Below, one piece after another: positions 47,504 to 60,494 of a stretch of DNA of 64,000 nt. The notes below the pieces were generated by a model that saw only the letters and a program-made list of their open reading frames with translations, was not told the DNA's origin and searched no databases. Made by a program: the position numbers and the translations under genes. Each line of letters starts with the position of its first letter. Positions within the stretch are counted from its first letter, which is position 1. This stretch comes from Scophthalmus maximus (lineage: Eukaryota). The stretch is taken from positions 23,919,101-23,983,100 of the forward strand of contig NC_061519.1 in NCBI RefSeq assembly GCF_022379125.1, read 5' to 3'.

Positions 47504-50500
47504 CTGACACACGTGCAAACATCCACACATTAATAAATCAACAATCGGTAGCAGATAAGAAGGAGACAGGCTGATATTGTGATCGTCAGATTTTCTTTTT
47601 TACCTTCGATGTGTTTGCCTCCAACAGATTTTCGCAACTGGCAGATATTTTCTTCTCCTCGCCTGTGTTCGATTCCTGAACAGGAAATTAAATTGATTAT
47701 ATGCTATAATAATAATTATAATAATAATATAAACATTCCGTGAAGATTATTACTGTACCTCATCTGCTGTTCCCTCTGCTGGTTTCTTCTTAAACATCCC
47801 ACTGAAAATACTCTTCTCCTGAAAACGTTAAACGCAGACACATCAGGTTTGACTGTCATAGATAAATTACAGTACAATTTAAATTTTGTGGCATGCTGAA
47901 ATTTTTTTGCATATTTGAGTATACATGTTTGTATGTACGTGTTACTCTCCGTTTTACTCTGCCCTGTAATATTTGTACTCTTATATTTCTTTCCTATTTT
48001 TATGTGATCTTCAAACTGAGTTTAATTGTTTCCTATTATTTAACTTCACTTCTTCATTATTATCTCTAAAAGATAGTGCCATCTAAATATAGTTTTATTA
48101 TTATTATTATTATTATCTATGTTGATGGGGGAGTTGTCAAGTTTTATTAAAGTTGTGTGGCTCTAATACCCTAAATCTGATGTTTTCCGAATAAGAAAGA
48201 AACATCAGCGCAAACTTCAGTTTGCTTTTCAAACGCACAGGAACAGTTGTGTTGCACGATTCACCGTATTAAAACATGTGGCGTCATTTCACAGTGCTGA
48301 CATTTCAGATCTGGTTGAATAACCAACATTTCTCGACACATCACCTTGGTGTTGGTGTTTTCGGACAGACTGTCGGTACTCGCCGACAGCTCCTTCTGCT
48401 CCTCTTTGTCCTGAATAAAGAAAAACAATGGTCAGTTGGTAAATATGTGTCCGCACAGACGAGGATAATAAGAACATGAAACTAGTCGTGCTCTCACGTC
48501 TGCAGCAGCTTCATCTCCAGTCGCTTTGGGAGGTTTCTTGGGAAGAAGTCCACTGAAGAGACCGCCTTTCTCCTGACAAACACAAAGAGACACGCGTGGA
48601 TGGATTACGTTCCACCACTACTGTACTATGGATGGGTGCAAAAAACAACCACAAAGGGGGGGGGGTCCTTTCACATGTCTGTGCCTGTTGACTCATAATT
48701 GGTCCGTGTGGTGATGAGAAATGACTCTACAGTCATCAACCTGGTTTCATTTTGGACAGCGGCTTGCGAGGAGAATAAAAAGCATAATTCAAAGACCAAA
48801 CGCAGCTGATGAACATGTTTCCAAGCATCCTGTCAAATTGTTTTCTGCCTTTCAGGCATCTCAGCACACCTTTAAAAAAAAAAAGAAAGAACTAGCGTGT
48901 AGTGTGTTGAAACATGCTCTGACCTGTTACTTTACAACCTCAGATTCACATTATTGTCGCGTGTTCGAAATGGAGCTGTGTATAATTTAAAAAGTCTTTC
49001 AACACAAAATGCATGGTTTAAAGTAAAGAGAGAAGATCAAGACACGATTTTCCTAATGCATCTATATAAGATGAACATTCAGAGGAAGATGCTGCTGAGT
49101 GAAGAAGGAGATGATGAAGACGAGTTTTTGACAAACGATAACTTATGAGTGGTTATGACGGAGGTCGTCAGACACTGACCTCGTCAAACAGGTTGTCGAT
49201 GCTGGATGATCTTTTGAAGATGCCGGCCAGGCCTCCCTTTTTCTCCTGAAACACAAACTGCAGTTACTCCAATATTCAGAAATACTCAGTTTTATCGATC
49301 TTCACTGATACATTCAGCGAAAGAGAGAAAATCCAGAAAGCGACTTTGTTTCCGCGTGAACCACACAAGGACAACAACACAAGTGGATTTTCAAAGTTAG
49401 ATATTTAGTAAGTGAAAAATATAGTATTTTAATTTTATTTGACCCTTGAAGTTATTTTACAGATTAATAATTTACAAACAAACATGTTCAGGTTAATAAA
49501 ATAGGATATGATATGTCCATAACACAACATAGATTTCCAAATAGAATAGAATCCCAAATCTTTATTGAACATTTTAACTATTTTTCTAGAATCAGGTTAA
49601 ATTTTTCATAATTATTAGGCATCAATTTGCTTTAACAGTCTTGTTTTTAAATACAGATACTTACTTTGAACAAATGTTTACATACTATTATATGTCTTAT
49701 TTATAATTATATGTATACATGGAAGAAACTGTGTAATGTAAACTTTTTCTTTTTTATTTTGCTGATAATTCTTCTCTTATTTGTATTTTAAAGTATCTTA
49801 TAAGTATTTTTCTACAAGCATTAGTACTTTTGCTTAAGTAAAGACTCTTCAGCCACTGAGAAAGGATGTGAGTGTTTTCATCTTGAATAAGGTCCAGTTT
49901 AATGTGTTGGATACTTTGCTCTAACATACTTATTTTCCATTAATTCTTCTTTAATATTCAGGATTTTTTCTCTCTAGTTTTTGTCTTTGTAACTTTTTTT
50001 TATAAAGTGCAGCTGAATGTTGACCAGAACTAACAGGAAGCAGCAAACACATCAAAAACCTGTTTCTACAATCTGATTTGTCCAGAGGAGAGTGAGTGAA
50101 GAAAGGTTCTAGTTTGTTTGTCAGTCGCACCTTCAGGACGGTGGTGTCAGTCAGATTCTCACAGCTCCCCGACAACTGTTTTTCTTTGTTCCTCTCCTGC
50201 TCCTGAATTCGAACCAGAGAAGAGTCAAAGAGTCAATATCAGCTCCATCCTCTGATGATTTTAGATTGTTTATTCTTATTTTCATGCCTCTGGTTCATTC
50301 TCAGTACCTTCTCCGCTGCGCGCTCCGCTGGCTTCTGCGGCTTCTTGAACATGTTGCTGAAAATGCTTTTCTCCTACAAAATAATATTGGCGTCGGTGAA
50401 CATTTCTGAAGACAGTTTTGTCTGCAGGTGTTGTGTGCCGCATTGGACCTCGCTCACCTTGGTGGCGTTGTTCTCCGACAGGTCGTCGCTGCTGGTCGAC

Positions 50501-50589
50501 AGCTCGTCCTGGGCCTCGCTTTCCTGAAACAAGATTTTTTTTTAATTCCAAGTGATGCTGGGGGAAAACGAGTGGAAGATTGCGAGGCA

Positions 50590-51660
50590 GTTTGACGCCA
50601 GCTCTGAACAGACGGCGACATCTACTCACCGGCGACTCCGTCTTCTCTCCTGACGCTCTGGGCGTCTTTCTGAGGAGTCCGCTGAACACACCTGCACCTT
50701 TCTCCTGATGGAAACAGACGAGAAAAAGGGCTTCAGGACGTTTAAATATCTTGAGATAAAACTGTGTCACTGACCTGTTTGTTCTCAGATTGTTATTAAA
50801 AAGTTACTAACGGGAAAATCCTTAACTCTAAACCTCTCTTACCTTTTCTCTGATCTCAGACAGACTCTCGTTGCTGGCTGCCAGCTCCGTCTGCAGCGAG
50901 TCTCTATCCTGAAACACACGGAGTCACATAAATGCACCGACGAGTCCCCGCGTCACAAGATAAGAAACCGAACATGTTAAGGAATGTTTTTTTGCTTTTT
51001 TAAATGCAAGAGGTAAGAACAGGGAAGCTGTTGTTAAAAATCAACAACAAAGAACTTATTCAAGAGTGTGTCAAGATGTAATACCGTCACAAAAATGAAT
51101 CATTTGGTCTAAAGGTAATCTAAAGGCAAGGAGCAAAAAGTATCAGGGCCACTTATTGGGGAAAAAAATATGAGATTCAGAAAATGAGGTTGGGGAATTT
51201 TTTGTGGAAAAAAAAGTCATATTAAAAGAAGGAAGTCGTAATTTCACAACAACCAAGTCAGAATATTACGGGAATAAAGAGGTCATTTTAGGCCACGCGT
51301 CATTTTACCTAAGATCAGTAAAGATTAGTCCGTCGCCTGCGTCAAAATGAGGAATGTGGATCATCTTGTTAAGTTATGCTTTAAATAAAGGTTCGGTGTT
51401 ATACAAATGGTGAAATCTCTGAACAGACGGCGACATCTACTCACCGGCGACTCCGTCTTCTCTCCTGACGCTCTGGGCGTCTTTCTGAGGAGTCCGCTGA
51501 ACACACCTGCACCTTTCTCCTCTTTCTACCCACGAGACAGAAAGAGCTTTAGGATGAGACGGACCTTTACATGTTTCAATATGAAACCGTTCCACTGACC
51601 TGTTTGCTCTCCGATAGATGTTCACTGCTGCCTGAGAGCTCATGATCGGGACTTTCATCC
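50590..51660. repeat. Tandem segmental duplication inside the exon array (unit about 830 bp: 50590-51416 roughly equals 51417-51660+), duplicating an A exon and flanking intron
   Basis: Long near-identical string ctgaacagacggcgacatctactcaccggcgactccgtcttctctcctgacgctctgggcgtctttctgaggagtccgctgaacacacctgcacctttctcct present at 50590-50700 and 51417-51525. Confidence 0.8.
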
Positions 51661-54600
51661 TGTAAAAGGAAAAAACCCAAAAAACTGAGTTTAAAAGTTG
51701 TGGTAAACTTTAACTTCTTTATTAAATAATTCTTATAACAATAATTTGTTACTTTAATGGTACAAAATGTATGGAAATTCAAATGTGCAGTGAATCTACA
51801 TCTGTGCACAGATTTGAATCAGTATAAAAAAAATAAAAAAAAACCGCTATCATACAGTGAAGTGTTTAGAGAGGAAAATGGGGAAATCATGTACTTTTAC
51901 GTTGTTATTCCTAATTTCTCACAAAGTCAATCTGGAAATTGAAGTTTCAGATACGAGGCTTGAGAAACTATTCTTTCAAATGTTGAAAGTGGAAACACAA
52001 TGAAGACACGCAGGTCCATGTGTTGACACAGTTACCTCCTCAGATTCAGAAGCGTCCATAGCTTTCGCCGCCTTTTTGAATATTCCACCAAATATTCCGC
52101 CTTTTTCCTGAAACACACACACACACACAATAAAAAAAAAAACCGTGAGCGGCATCGAAGAAAGGGAAAGGGGATTGTTTCGAAGGCACGCTCGACGAGC
52201 TCACCTTGGTGCTGTTCTCAGACAGACCTTCGCGGCTGGCGGACAGCTCGCCGCCTTGAAGCAGCTTTTCCAAAGGGAGAGATTGAAAAGTAGATTATAA
52301 CCTGATACCGATTAGAGGTTTTTACTTGCATTCATCACAAACAGGATACCCAGGATAAGAACTCTATTCAGTCCAGCGTTTCTTCGGTGTTTTCATGACA
52401 AGGGGTTCGGTCACTTTGTCTGAAATATAGGCCAGATAACACTTTCATGAAAAACAACACTTAACCTGCAGAGGGAAAAGAGCAGAGAGACTTTCTCCCT
52501 GTTTCTGGGGCATTCGCTACAGGGACGGTCGACATGGATACCTCATAACTCATTAATCATGATTAATTTATTCCTCATACACACTCAGATTACACCAAAC
52601 TGTAACCCCCTTCCTAAAACTACTGGACCCCTGAAATATCTCTTTAAACCAAATCACACACAAGCTATTTCATACGATCTCCTTTTGGAAACTAATGTGA
52701 TGACTAATGTGATATCTCTTCACTCCCATTCACTGAAACTGTTTGGACCCCCCGCGGGGAGGCCAACCCCTCATGAGGAAAACCTCTGTGATGAACATTA
52801 GTTCAGGGATTCCAACCGGCAGCCTCGTTGTCACAAGGGAAACTTGTTGTGCAACGTTCAGAACAACTCCTGATCTACTGGAGTAGCTGAGCAGGAAACG
52901 CAGGAGACGCTTCTCACTTTCTCGTCTGCAGGTTTGGACGGCTTCTTGAACATTCCACTGAACGCACCTCCCTTTTCCTGCAAAACAAGTTGTTGTGTTT
53001 TAGGTTACTTCTTCCCAACAATTCCTGTATAATATCTGCAGGATTTCACACACACACACACAAAAAAAGCAAGCAGTATTCATAAGTTGAAATCAGATTG
53101 ACAGACACATTTCGAAAGGCTCCAGAGAGCGTTTCTCACGACCACACTGACCTTGGCGTGGGCCGCCTCCGACAGACTGTCGTTGCTCGCCGACAGATCT
53201 TTATGTGCCGACAGGTTCTCCTGGAACAACAGACCAAAAAGTGTCAGAAACAAAAAAACAGTAGGAGCAAAGATCAAAGGTCAAGTTCAACAAGAAGAAT
53301 ATCGTCTAACACAAACACATTTTCCAAGATGTCTCCACAAATAATAGAGCTAGAAAGTTAATCTGAATCTTATATAGATCATAAAATGATACCCCATCAT
53401 ATATTGTACGATAAGTGACGTCATGCATAGTTAAAAAATGCACTATATAGGACTGTAAATACGATTTGAATTATAAAGATCAAAAAATTATTTATGATCA
53501 TATAGTATGAATGACGTCATCAGTACAAATCTCTATGAAGTTGCCTTATCACTATATGAATAAGTTAGCATTGCCTGATTGGGGTGTGTACAGTGTGTGC
53601 AGGGTATGAATCGCCCCTTCGATGCTTTACATGATCTAATCTAGCTCCATGATAAACGACTATTTACTGTGAGTTCGCAGTTTTTGTTTGTTTGTCACAG
53701 AGAATAATTTGGGACATTTGGGGGCAGTTGCCCGTCTTTGCCAGGTTCATAGTCCAGCCTTGATTTACGGCAAAGATAATAAATGGAAATATTCTTGCTG
53801 AAAGAAAAGGATGGTCGTGATGCTTTGTATACTGTATATGGTGTCATGTACTGTAAAACATGGATCACAAGATAGATCGATGTGTATATATATAGATATA
53901 TATATATCTATATATATATAAAAACACACCCACATTGATGATAGATTAAAACGTCTGGTGAACAAAGTGTAATGAGAAAAGTGGTGTGACCTGTTTTAAC
54001 TTTGATAATCAATGAAATAAGAGGGTATGAGTCAGATGACTAGCCCCTGGTCTCCTCCTCATTTAGGGAGGAAACTGTTTCGCTCTTCCTCCTTTCCACT
54101 GAAACCCGCGTGTCATGGGTGTCATGGGACGTGCTGCTTTTTGGGCAAAATTCAAAAGGAGTGACGACCGCACCCAAACAGCTCCAACCGGCCCCCCGAG
54201 CCAGATTAGCTCTATGATGTCACCCAGTTGTCACGCAGCACAATGAAGCAGCGGTAATGTGCATTGCCGGTTGAGAGCATCTCCATGGAAACTATGCGGA
54301 AGCTGTACCTCTCCGGTTGTTCTCGGAGTCTTTCTGAGGAGCCCGCTGAACAGACCAGCTTTCTCCTGCAGGACGCAGAGAGATCATATTGAAAGCAAAC
54401 TGACTTGACTTGAATCTTCATTGTTTTGTCACGGTTCGACTCGTGCGACTCACCTTGTTGTCCGACAGGCTGTCGGTGCTGGCAGAGAGTTCGCCGTGCA
54501 GCGGCTCCGCGGCCTAAAACCACAACACACAAAAAATGTGACTCAACCACTGTGAACATGAACGCAGACCTGAAACCAGTCACCAGAAACAACAGACAGA

Positions 54601-54865
54601 CAGACGCAGCAACGTGTTTCCACACGTCGCACAAAAGCCTCCTTACTGCAGATCTCGTGTTTACAAGCGGCGGATCGAGCGGATCAAGTGTTGTTACATG
54701 TTACGTAACAACATTGTTTGGAAGATTGGAGGAATCTCATGCAGCTCCTGCAGCCAGAGAACATGTTCAGAGGCTCTTTTTTTTGGTGCCTTATTTTGAA
54801 ATGAAAAACATAATTAAAGCCAAGGACGAAATGCAAAAGACTTCAAAAGTAATAAAAAACATTAC

Positions 54866-54937
54866 CTCCTCCAGTCGTGGGCCTTCGGACATTTTGGGAG
54901 ATTTCTTGAACATCCCACTGAAAACGCCTCCTTTCTC
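54866..54937 (-). CDS. Array exon, A-type: EKGGVFSGMFKKSPKMSEGPRLEE (72 nt, phase 0)
   Basis: Acceptor gtatcag|GAG, donor GAG|gtaatg; coordinates verified. Confidence 0.65.
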
Positions 54938-55116
54938 CTGATACACAAAGAAAATATTACACGCCGACATAAAGTTTGAAGCTCATTAAAAATCATGCAG
55001 GTACTTATAAAGCTTTATGGGTGGATTATATTGTATACAGATGAGGGACAGTTAGGACTTTTACAGAAAATCCTTTCCAGTTTGCAAAAAAAATCTTAAT
55101 TCTAAACCTCTCTTAC

Positions 55117-55182
55117 TTTGTCTTTGCTCTCGGACAGACTCTCTGTGCTGGCTGCCAGCTCCATCTGCAGCGACTCTTTATC
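55117..55182 (-). CDS. Array exon, B-type: DKESLQMELAASTESLSESKDK (66 nt, phase 0)
   Basis: Acceptor gtgtttcag|GAT, donor AAA|gtaaga; near-duplicate of exon at 50830-50895 (DRDSLQTELAASNESLSEIREK). Confidence 0.65.
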
Positions 55183-56211
55183 CTGAAACACAAGGAGTCA
55201 AATAAATGAAGCAAAAGTGACGTCAAAGCGCCGACCCGTCTGTTTCAGATCGGTCATCAATCATAAGAACGGAATGTTAAGGAATGTTTTAAAATGCAAG
55301 AGGTACAAAACAGGGAAGCTGTTGTTAAAGATCCACGACAAAGAACTTATTCAAGTGTGTGTAAAGATGTGAGTCCATCACATTATAGGAGAAAAAGTCA
55401 TTCAAAAAAGAAGAGTCATACATGATTGTCTCGATCTTAGAGAAGAAATATCAAAGACGGTGGGGTAAACCTAAAGTATTTATTGGCCATAAAACATAGT
55501 TAAAGAAAGAATAAAAAAAAAATCTTAATCCACATCCGCACCAAACGTTAAGGAGTTCGTTCCCCATGTTCCCTCCGCCGAGTCTTGTGAAAATTGGTTT
55601 TGTAATTTTTGAAAAAATAGTCCAACAAACAAATACGACAATCAGACGCGGGTGAAAACATAAAGAACTTTCCTTGGCAGATGTAATAAACTGTATTTTA
55701 CTCTCCAACATATTCACACGTTGAACTGAAGCTATATAAAAATGAATTCATGACTCCGACAGTAGAGGATTAAAGCTCTTATTGGTCCGGACACATTCGA
55801 CCTCTACTTCACCATGTCTGGTGACGGCGTGGAGAATATTTGTTTTAGCAATGTTCAAGATTTGGACATGATCACCCGTCACTGTACCTGCCCAGGTGGC
55901 CCCTCCACAGGGACCTTGGGAGACTTGCGGCGAATCCCGCCGAAAAATCCTCCTTTGTCCTGGTGACGTCAAAAGGGATGAATTCACGCACGTTCACAAT
56001 GATTCTAATGTTGCATCATAATCATGTCCTGCCAACTCACCTTCGAGCTTTCAGTCAGATTTTCATTGCTGCCCGACGCGTCATCGCGTAGAGACCGTTG
56101 GTCCTGAAACACACAAACGGACAAGTTCAATGTGACGATCACGTCGCAGGGTAAAAAATGACGTCAATTTATGTCACTGCACACAAACTGGCATGTTTCA
56201 GCCGTCACCTC

Positions 56212-56283
56212 GTCAGCCTGAGCAGCATCTGCTGCTTTCGGAGTTTTCTTGAACATCGCGCTGAATATTCCTCCCTTTTCCTG
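56212..56283 (-). CDS. Array exon, A-type: EKGGIFSAMFKKTPKAADAAQADE
   Basis: Acceptor gatttcag|GAA, donor GAG|gtgacg. Confidence 0.6.
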
Positions 56284-56368
56284 AAATCATGAACAGATTC
56301 ATCCTGATCAAGCTCGGGTCTGTGTGGCCACTGCGACGGAAGATGAACGCTCATCTCTGCCGCTCACC

Positions 56369-56434
56369 TTGTTGCCGTTTTCAGACAGACTGTCGCTGCT
56401 CGCCGACAGCTTGCTCTGCGCGCCCAGACTCTCC
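56369..56434 (-). CDS. Array exon, B-type: ESLGAQSKLSASSDSLSENGNK
   Basis: Acceptor gtcgcag|GAG, donor AAG|gtgagc. Confidence 0.6.
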
Positions 56435-58261
56435 TGCGACGTCAGAGGGACGTTCACAAAAAAACGTTATCGGCCAAAGTGAAATTTAAACATGGACAGG
56501 CTTAATTAAACATATTTTGCAAAACGGCAAACTGTTATTTTGACATAGTTAGACGCAGAAAGCTATTTTTTTTTTCCCAGCTCACCTGCGGAGGCGTCTC
56601 ATCCGCCGGTTTGTCGGGTTTTTTAAAGAGGCCAGCGAAGAGGCCTCCCCTCTCCTGTGAGCAAATGTGCTTTTAGAAATGTACTGTTACACACACGGAT
56701 GGAATCTGCTTTTGTCACTGTTAAAAAAATACAGAATTAAACACAAGGGTCTTTTTTGTTTATACACATTTTGTTGCATTTGATTCAAACAGAAGCTTTT
56801 TTTTTTTTTTAACTCAAAACACTCCAAACTTGTTCTTTGACTCTTTTACCCTGCACACAAATGACCCTTGTGCTTCTCGTTTCCTCCCCGTGAACGGCAC
56901 CGTGTAGTTTCTGAAGCCGAGTTAACGCGCCACTCACCTGGGACAGTGCAGATGTTTTCTCCTCCACCTCTGCATCTTCGCGGTCACTGTCCGCTTTGCT
57001 GACCTGGCGGCGAACACATCAACCCCGAGGGAACAGGCTGGATGAGTTGAAAACTTGAAAACATGAAAGCATGAAAGCTTGACAACCACGGCAGAAGGCT
57101 GGACGTTACCGTTAGTGCAGGAGATAATCTCTCTTTGGGTGTTTTCCGGAACATCCCGGTGAGCAGATTTCCTTTGTCCTGAGGAAACGTGGAGAAAAAA
57201 TGACGTTTAAAAATCCTAAAAACATTTTTTTTTTACAGAAACAGAGAATGCTGAATACTGTATTCCCGCAGATATATATTTGCTCCACATGAAAGTGTAC
57301 ACTGTGAAATCACATCCTAAAAACAATTTCCTCCTCAGCGTTATCTACCTTGAGTGATTCCTTGTGGACAGGAGAGACGAGTGTTTGGCAGTGTTCATTT
57401 GAGCATTTGTACCAATACGGCGATTCACTAATGATTTTAAATATTTGCAGAAGCAGAACTGGCTTGTCAACATGAGAAGTCACGGGTCATCATTTTAATA
57501 CCGTTGCTGTCGATCTCTTACCCGTTTGGGTTCTGGGTTTTTTTCCGGCTTGTTTTTTTCGTTTTCGGTGGATTGTTCCTTGTCTGCGACTCCGTCCTCT
57601 GTGCTGGGAACTGGACTCGGATCTCTGCTGCCCTGAGACAAGAGTCGACAACCTTCAGCACAATATGTATCATCCTGAATTTCATATCAATACAACTTCA
57701 CAAGAGAAGGCGTGCTCATAATTTCACACAGTTTGCATCTCAAACCGTCTCCCGCCTTCTGCCTCACTATTTGTATTTAGAGCTGCCGAGTTGAATTTAC
57801 AGTTAGTTCTCTCTATGTTTTTTGTTTCTTTTTCTTGGGGGATTAACAGCAGAGGTCCCGGGCTGGATGTGAGCCAGAGACATGGAGATTAAACCTCTGA
57901 GCCTCCTACCATGGCAACCCCACAGTCAGAGCGTAAGAGTCACAGACGGAAAGTAAACGCAGCAAAAACGCCGGAAGGTAAAAGTGACACTGCAAGAGAG
58001 GAACACTTTTTGTGTGAAATTGTAAAAATAAATAAATAAATAGACTGCATTAATTCTTCGATAGGCAGAGCTCAAAGTAGAGCTGAGGGTGAAATATTAT
58101 CGTGCCACATTCAAGTGGATAGAGTACAGACCGTTTTTCATTTTATGTGAGAATCAGTAAAAAAAAGAGATTAAAGTCAGTCACAGCGATCCACCCAGGC
58201 TCCATCCATCAACCACAGGAAAAACATTAGAACATATCTTTCAAATAAAATAAAATACAAG

Positions 58262-58590
58262 CAAATATCAAACCTAGCGACCACCACCGTCAACACCACC
58301 GTCAACACCACCGTCAGCACCACCATCACCACCACCACTACCACCACTACCACCATCAGCACCGTCAGCACCTTCAAAAGCGTCAGCACCACCCTCACCA
58401 CCATCTCCACCACCATCACCACCTTCAACACCACCGTCAACACCACCATCACCACCGTCCACACCACCGTCAGCACCACCATCACCACCGTCCACACCAC
58501 CGTCAGCACCACCATCACCACCGTCAACACCACCATCACCACCATCAACACCACCACTACCACCGTCAGCACCGTCAGCTGAACAAGGAG
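58262..58590. repeat. ACC/GGT-rich minisatellite (12-15 bp units caccaccgtcaacacc / caccaccatcacc), about 330 bp
   Basis: Tandem periodic units; on the minus strand reads (GGD/GGV/GGA)n in one frame and (VVL/TVV)n in another; preceded by a plausible minus-strand acceptor cttgttcag at about 58590. Confidence 0.8.
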
Positions 58591-58761
58591 TTCTGGTTTA
58601 GAAAACCTCGGAAGCTGCAGCCACCACCAGCAGAAAACACAGAACCAGACGGTTCTTCTCTTCGTACCTTCGGTGACGACTTGAACTGCAAACCTTTCAT
58701 CACCCCCTTCAGACCCGCCTGTCAACCACAGTCACATGTCACATGCTGGCGGATTAAGACC

Positions 58762-58908
<147 letters not shown>

Positions 58909-59745
58909 GGTTTGCTGCCAGCAGCCTGTTTGGCTGGAGCGTCGGCAGTTCTATCCTCTTCCTCACAGTCGTGGAACGCGTACGCCTGATGAGAACAAAA
59001 AGAAGAAGAAGAAATTCGGTGAACTGCTGATTCAAAAAATCGACTTCTGCTTTATTTATCTTCTGTGTCTAAAACATTATAGATATACACTGTATTTATT
59101 CCACGCTTTTCTTCGATTTGATGATTCAGCGACTCACCTGATGCTAATGCATATTCACCAGCCAATTTATATCAACACTGAATCATAAACACACACCTAC
59201 TGATCACACACCCACACACGCCTGTTTGCCACCAGAAACCTGTTGAGCATCTTTTTTGCACATTGACACACGTGAATTCATCCTTTCTATACTTTATCTT
59301 ATGAAGGCATTCATATCGATTTTTTTATTCTTACACACACTTTTATTTGATTGTCTCAATAACTACAAATGTACAGGTTTTGAAAAGCTAATAGGATTCA
59401 GGATGTGAGGTGCATGTTTAAGTACACAGATGTTCATCAGTGTGTGTACTGTAAGATGGTGTGCATGTCAAAATGAATGTGGTATTACTCTAAGTTTATA
59501 TACAAATGAAGCAGCCAATGGAAATCAGTTCCTGATTCACTGGCACTAACTATAAAACTGCCCTCCGCTGAATTAACAATTTGTCTCCGCTACCGTACAT
59601 CCTCTCTCATGTCCCTGTAAATACTAAAATTATAAACACACCAGAAACCTTATAAAGTTAACACAACAGTAATGGCATCAACGTGTACAAGGTACATTCA
59701 GGTAATATCTGTTTGACTGTGCAGAGAGGAGCTGTTCTTACGGTG

Positions 59746-59811
59746 AACGTTGGCGTCTTCTCCTTTTGGCTCCGGCGAAACATTCCGGTCAGGACCGACT
59801 GATTGCTCTGC
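59746..59811 (-). CDS. Upstream A-like exon SNQSVLTGMFRRSQKEKTPTFT
   Basis: Acceptor ctctgcag|AGC, donor ACC|gtaaga; 22 open codons. Confidence 0.5.
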
Positions 59812-59849
59812 AGTACCACGACGCACGTGTCAATGACGAGGAAGATATT

Positions 59850-59862
<13 letters not shown>

Positions 59863-59902
<40 letters not shown>
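59863..59902. repeat. (TA)n microsatellite, 20 units
   Basis: Dinucleotide run. Confidence 0.95.
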
Positions 59903-59904
<2 letters not shown>

Positions 59905-59955
59905 CTTCATATATATTTGGTCAGAGGTGGAAGACAGCACTTCCACCTGTGGTAC

Positions 59956-60021
59956 CTGTTTGAAATCCGCTTCATCTTTGGAATCTCCGGCAGCTTCCGG
60001 TTTGTCACTTTGTCTGGACTT
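59956..60021 (-). CDS. Candidate exon KSRQSDKPEAAGDSKDEADFKQ
   Basis: Acceptor cctccgcag|AAG, donor CAG|gtacca; 22 open codons. Confidence 0.45.
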
Positions 60022-60180
60022 CTGCGGAGGAGGATGAGGAAGAGGAAGGACGTTGATCTGCGATTTATAAAAAAACGAGCACGTACAGAAGTAATGTGGT
60101 GTTTTATTGTTTGTGTACCTTTGTGTCCTCAGTGTGTACCCGCCAGCGCTGGCTGTGTCTGCTTGTTGCATCCAGTTCCT

Positions 60181-60199
60181 GCACAAAACACACACACAC

Positions 60200-60248
<49 letters not shown>
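60181..60248. repeat. (CA)n microsatellite
   Basis: Dinucleotide run. Confidence 0.9.
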
Positions 60249-60253
<5 letters not shown>

Positions 60254-60494
60254 CCCAGGAGGGAACAATAACTTTATAAAATGATACTGGAAACAGGAAA
60301 GAAACATGAAACATGAAACCTTGAGTAGCTTTGGGTGGTTCGTTACTGCAACCTGTTCTCACACCAAACTCCAAACTGCAGGCAACGATGACTCACTCCG
60401 ATCTCAATGAAAAAGTCTCGACATAAAGCAAACATAGTCCTATTAATACATTAAACCCTCAGAAACATCAAACATATTTGGGTGTACTGTACCT

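Larger units (their letters stand above)
46175..57636 (-). other. Tandem exon-pair array: at least 16 alternating A-type exons and B-type exons, all phase 0, each with AG acceptor and GT donor. A exons are about 57-75 nt and encode a basic motif (consensus EKGG[LIV]FSG[ML]FKK[ST]PK). B exons are about 60-72 nt and encode an acidic Ser-rich motif (consensus ELSAS[TS]DSLSE).
   Basis: Minus-strand exons identified at about 46175-46234(A), 46337-46405(B), 47261-47323(B), 47432-47503(A), 47603-47674(B), 47761-47820(A), 48345-48410(B), 48508-48581(A), 49164-49240(A), 50132-50203(B), 50310-50378(A), 50460-50530(B), 50632-50700(A), 50830-50895(B), 51458-51527(A), 51600-51660(B), 52036-52107(A), 52200-52265(B), 52911-52976(A), 53147-53218(B), 54310-54366(A), 54449-54508(B), 54866-54937(A), 55117-55182(B), 55889-55960(A), 56041-56103(B), 56212-56283(A), 56369-56434(B), 56585-56653(A), 56938-57003(B-like), 57112-57180(A), 57521-57636(linker). 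Confidence 0.65.

Noticed and set aside
58177-58725. Minus ORF 58177-58725 (182 aa, VLTVVVV…) and ORF 58274-58495 (GGDGGADGG…)
   Set aside because: These are frame artefacts of the GGT/ACC minisatellite. They are kept only as a low-confidence possible Gly/Asp-rich exon in findings.
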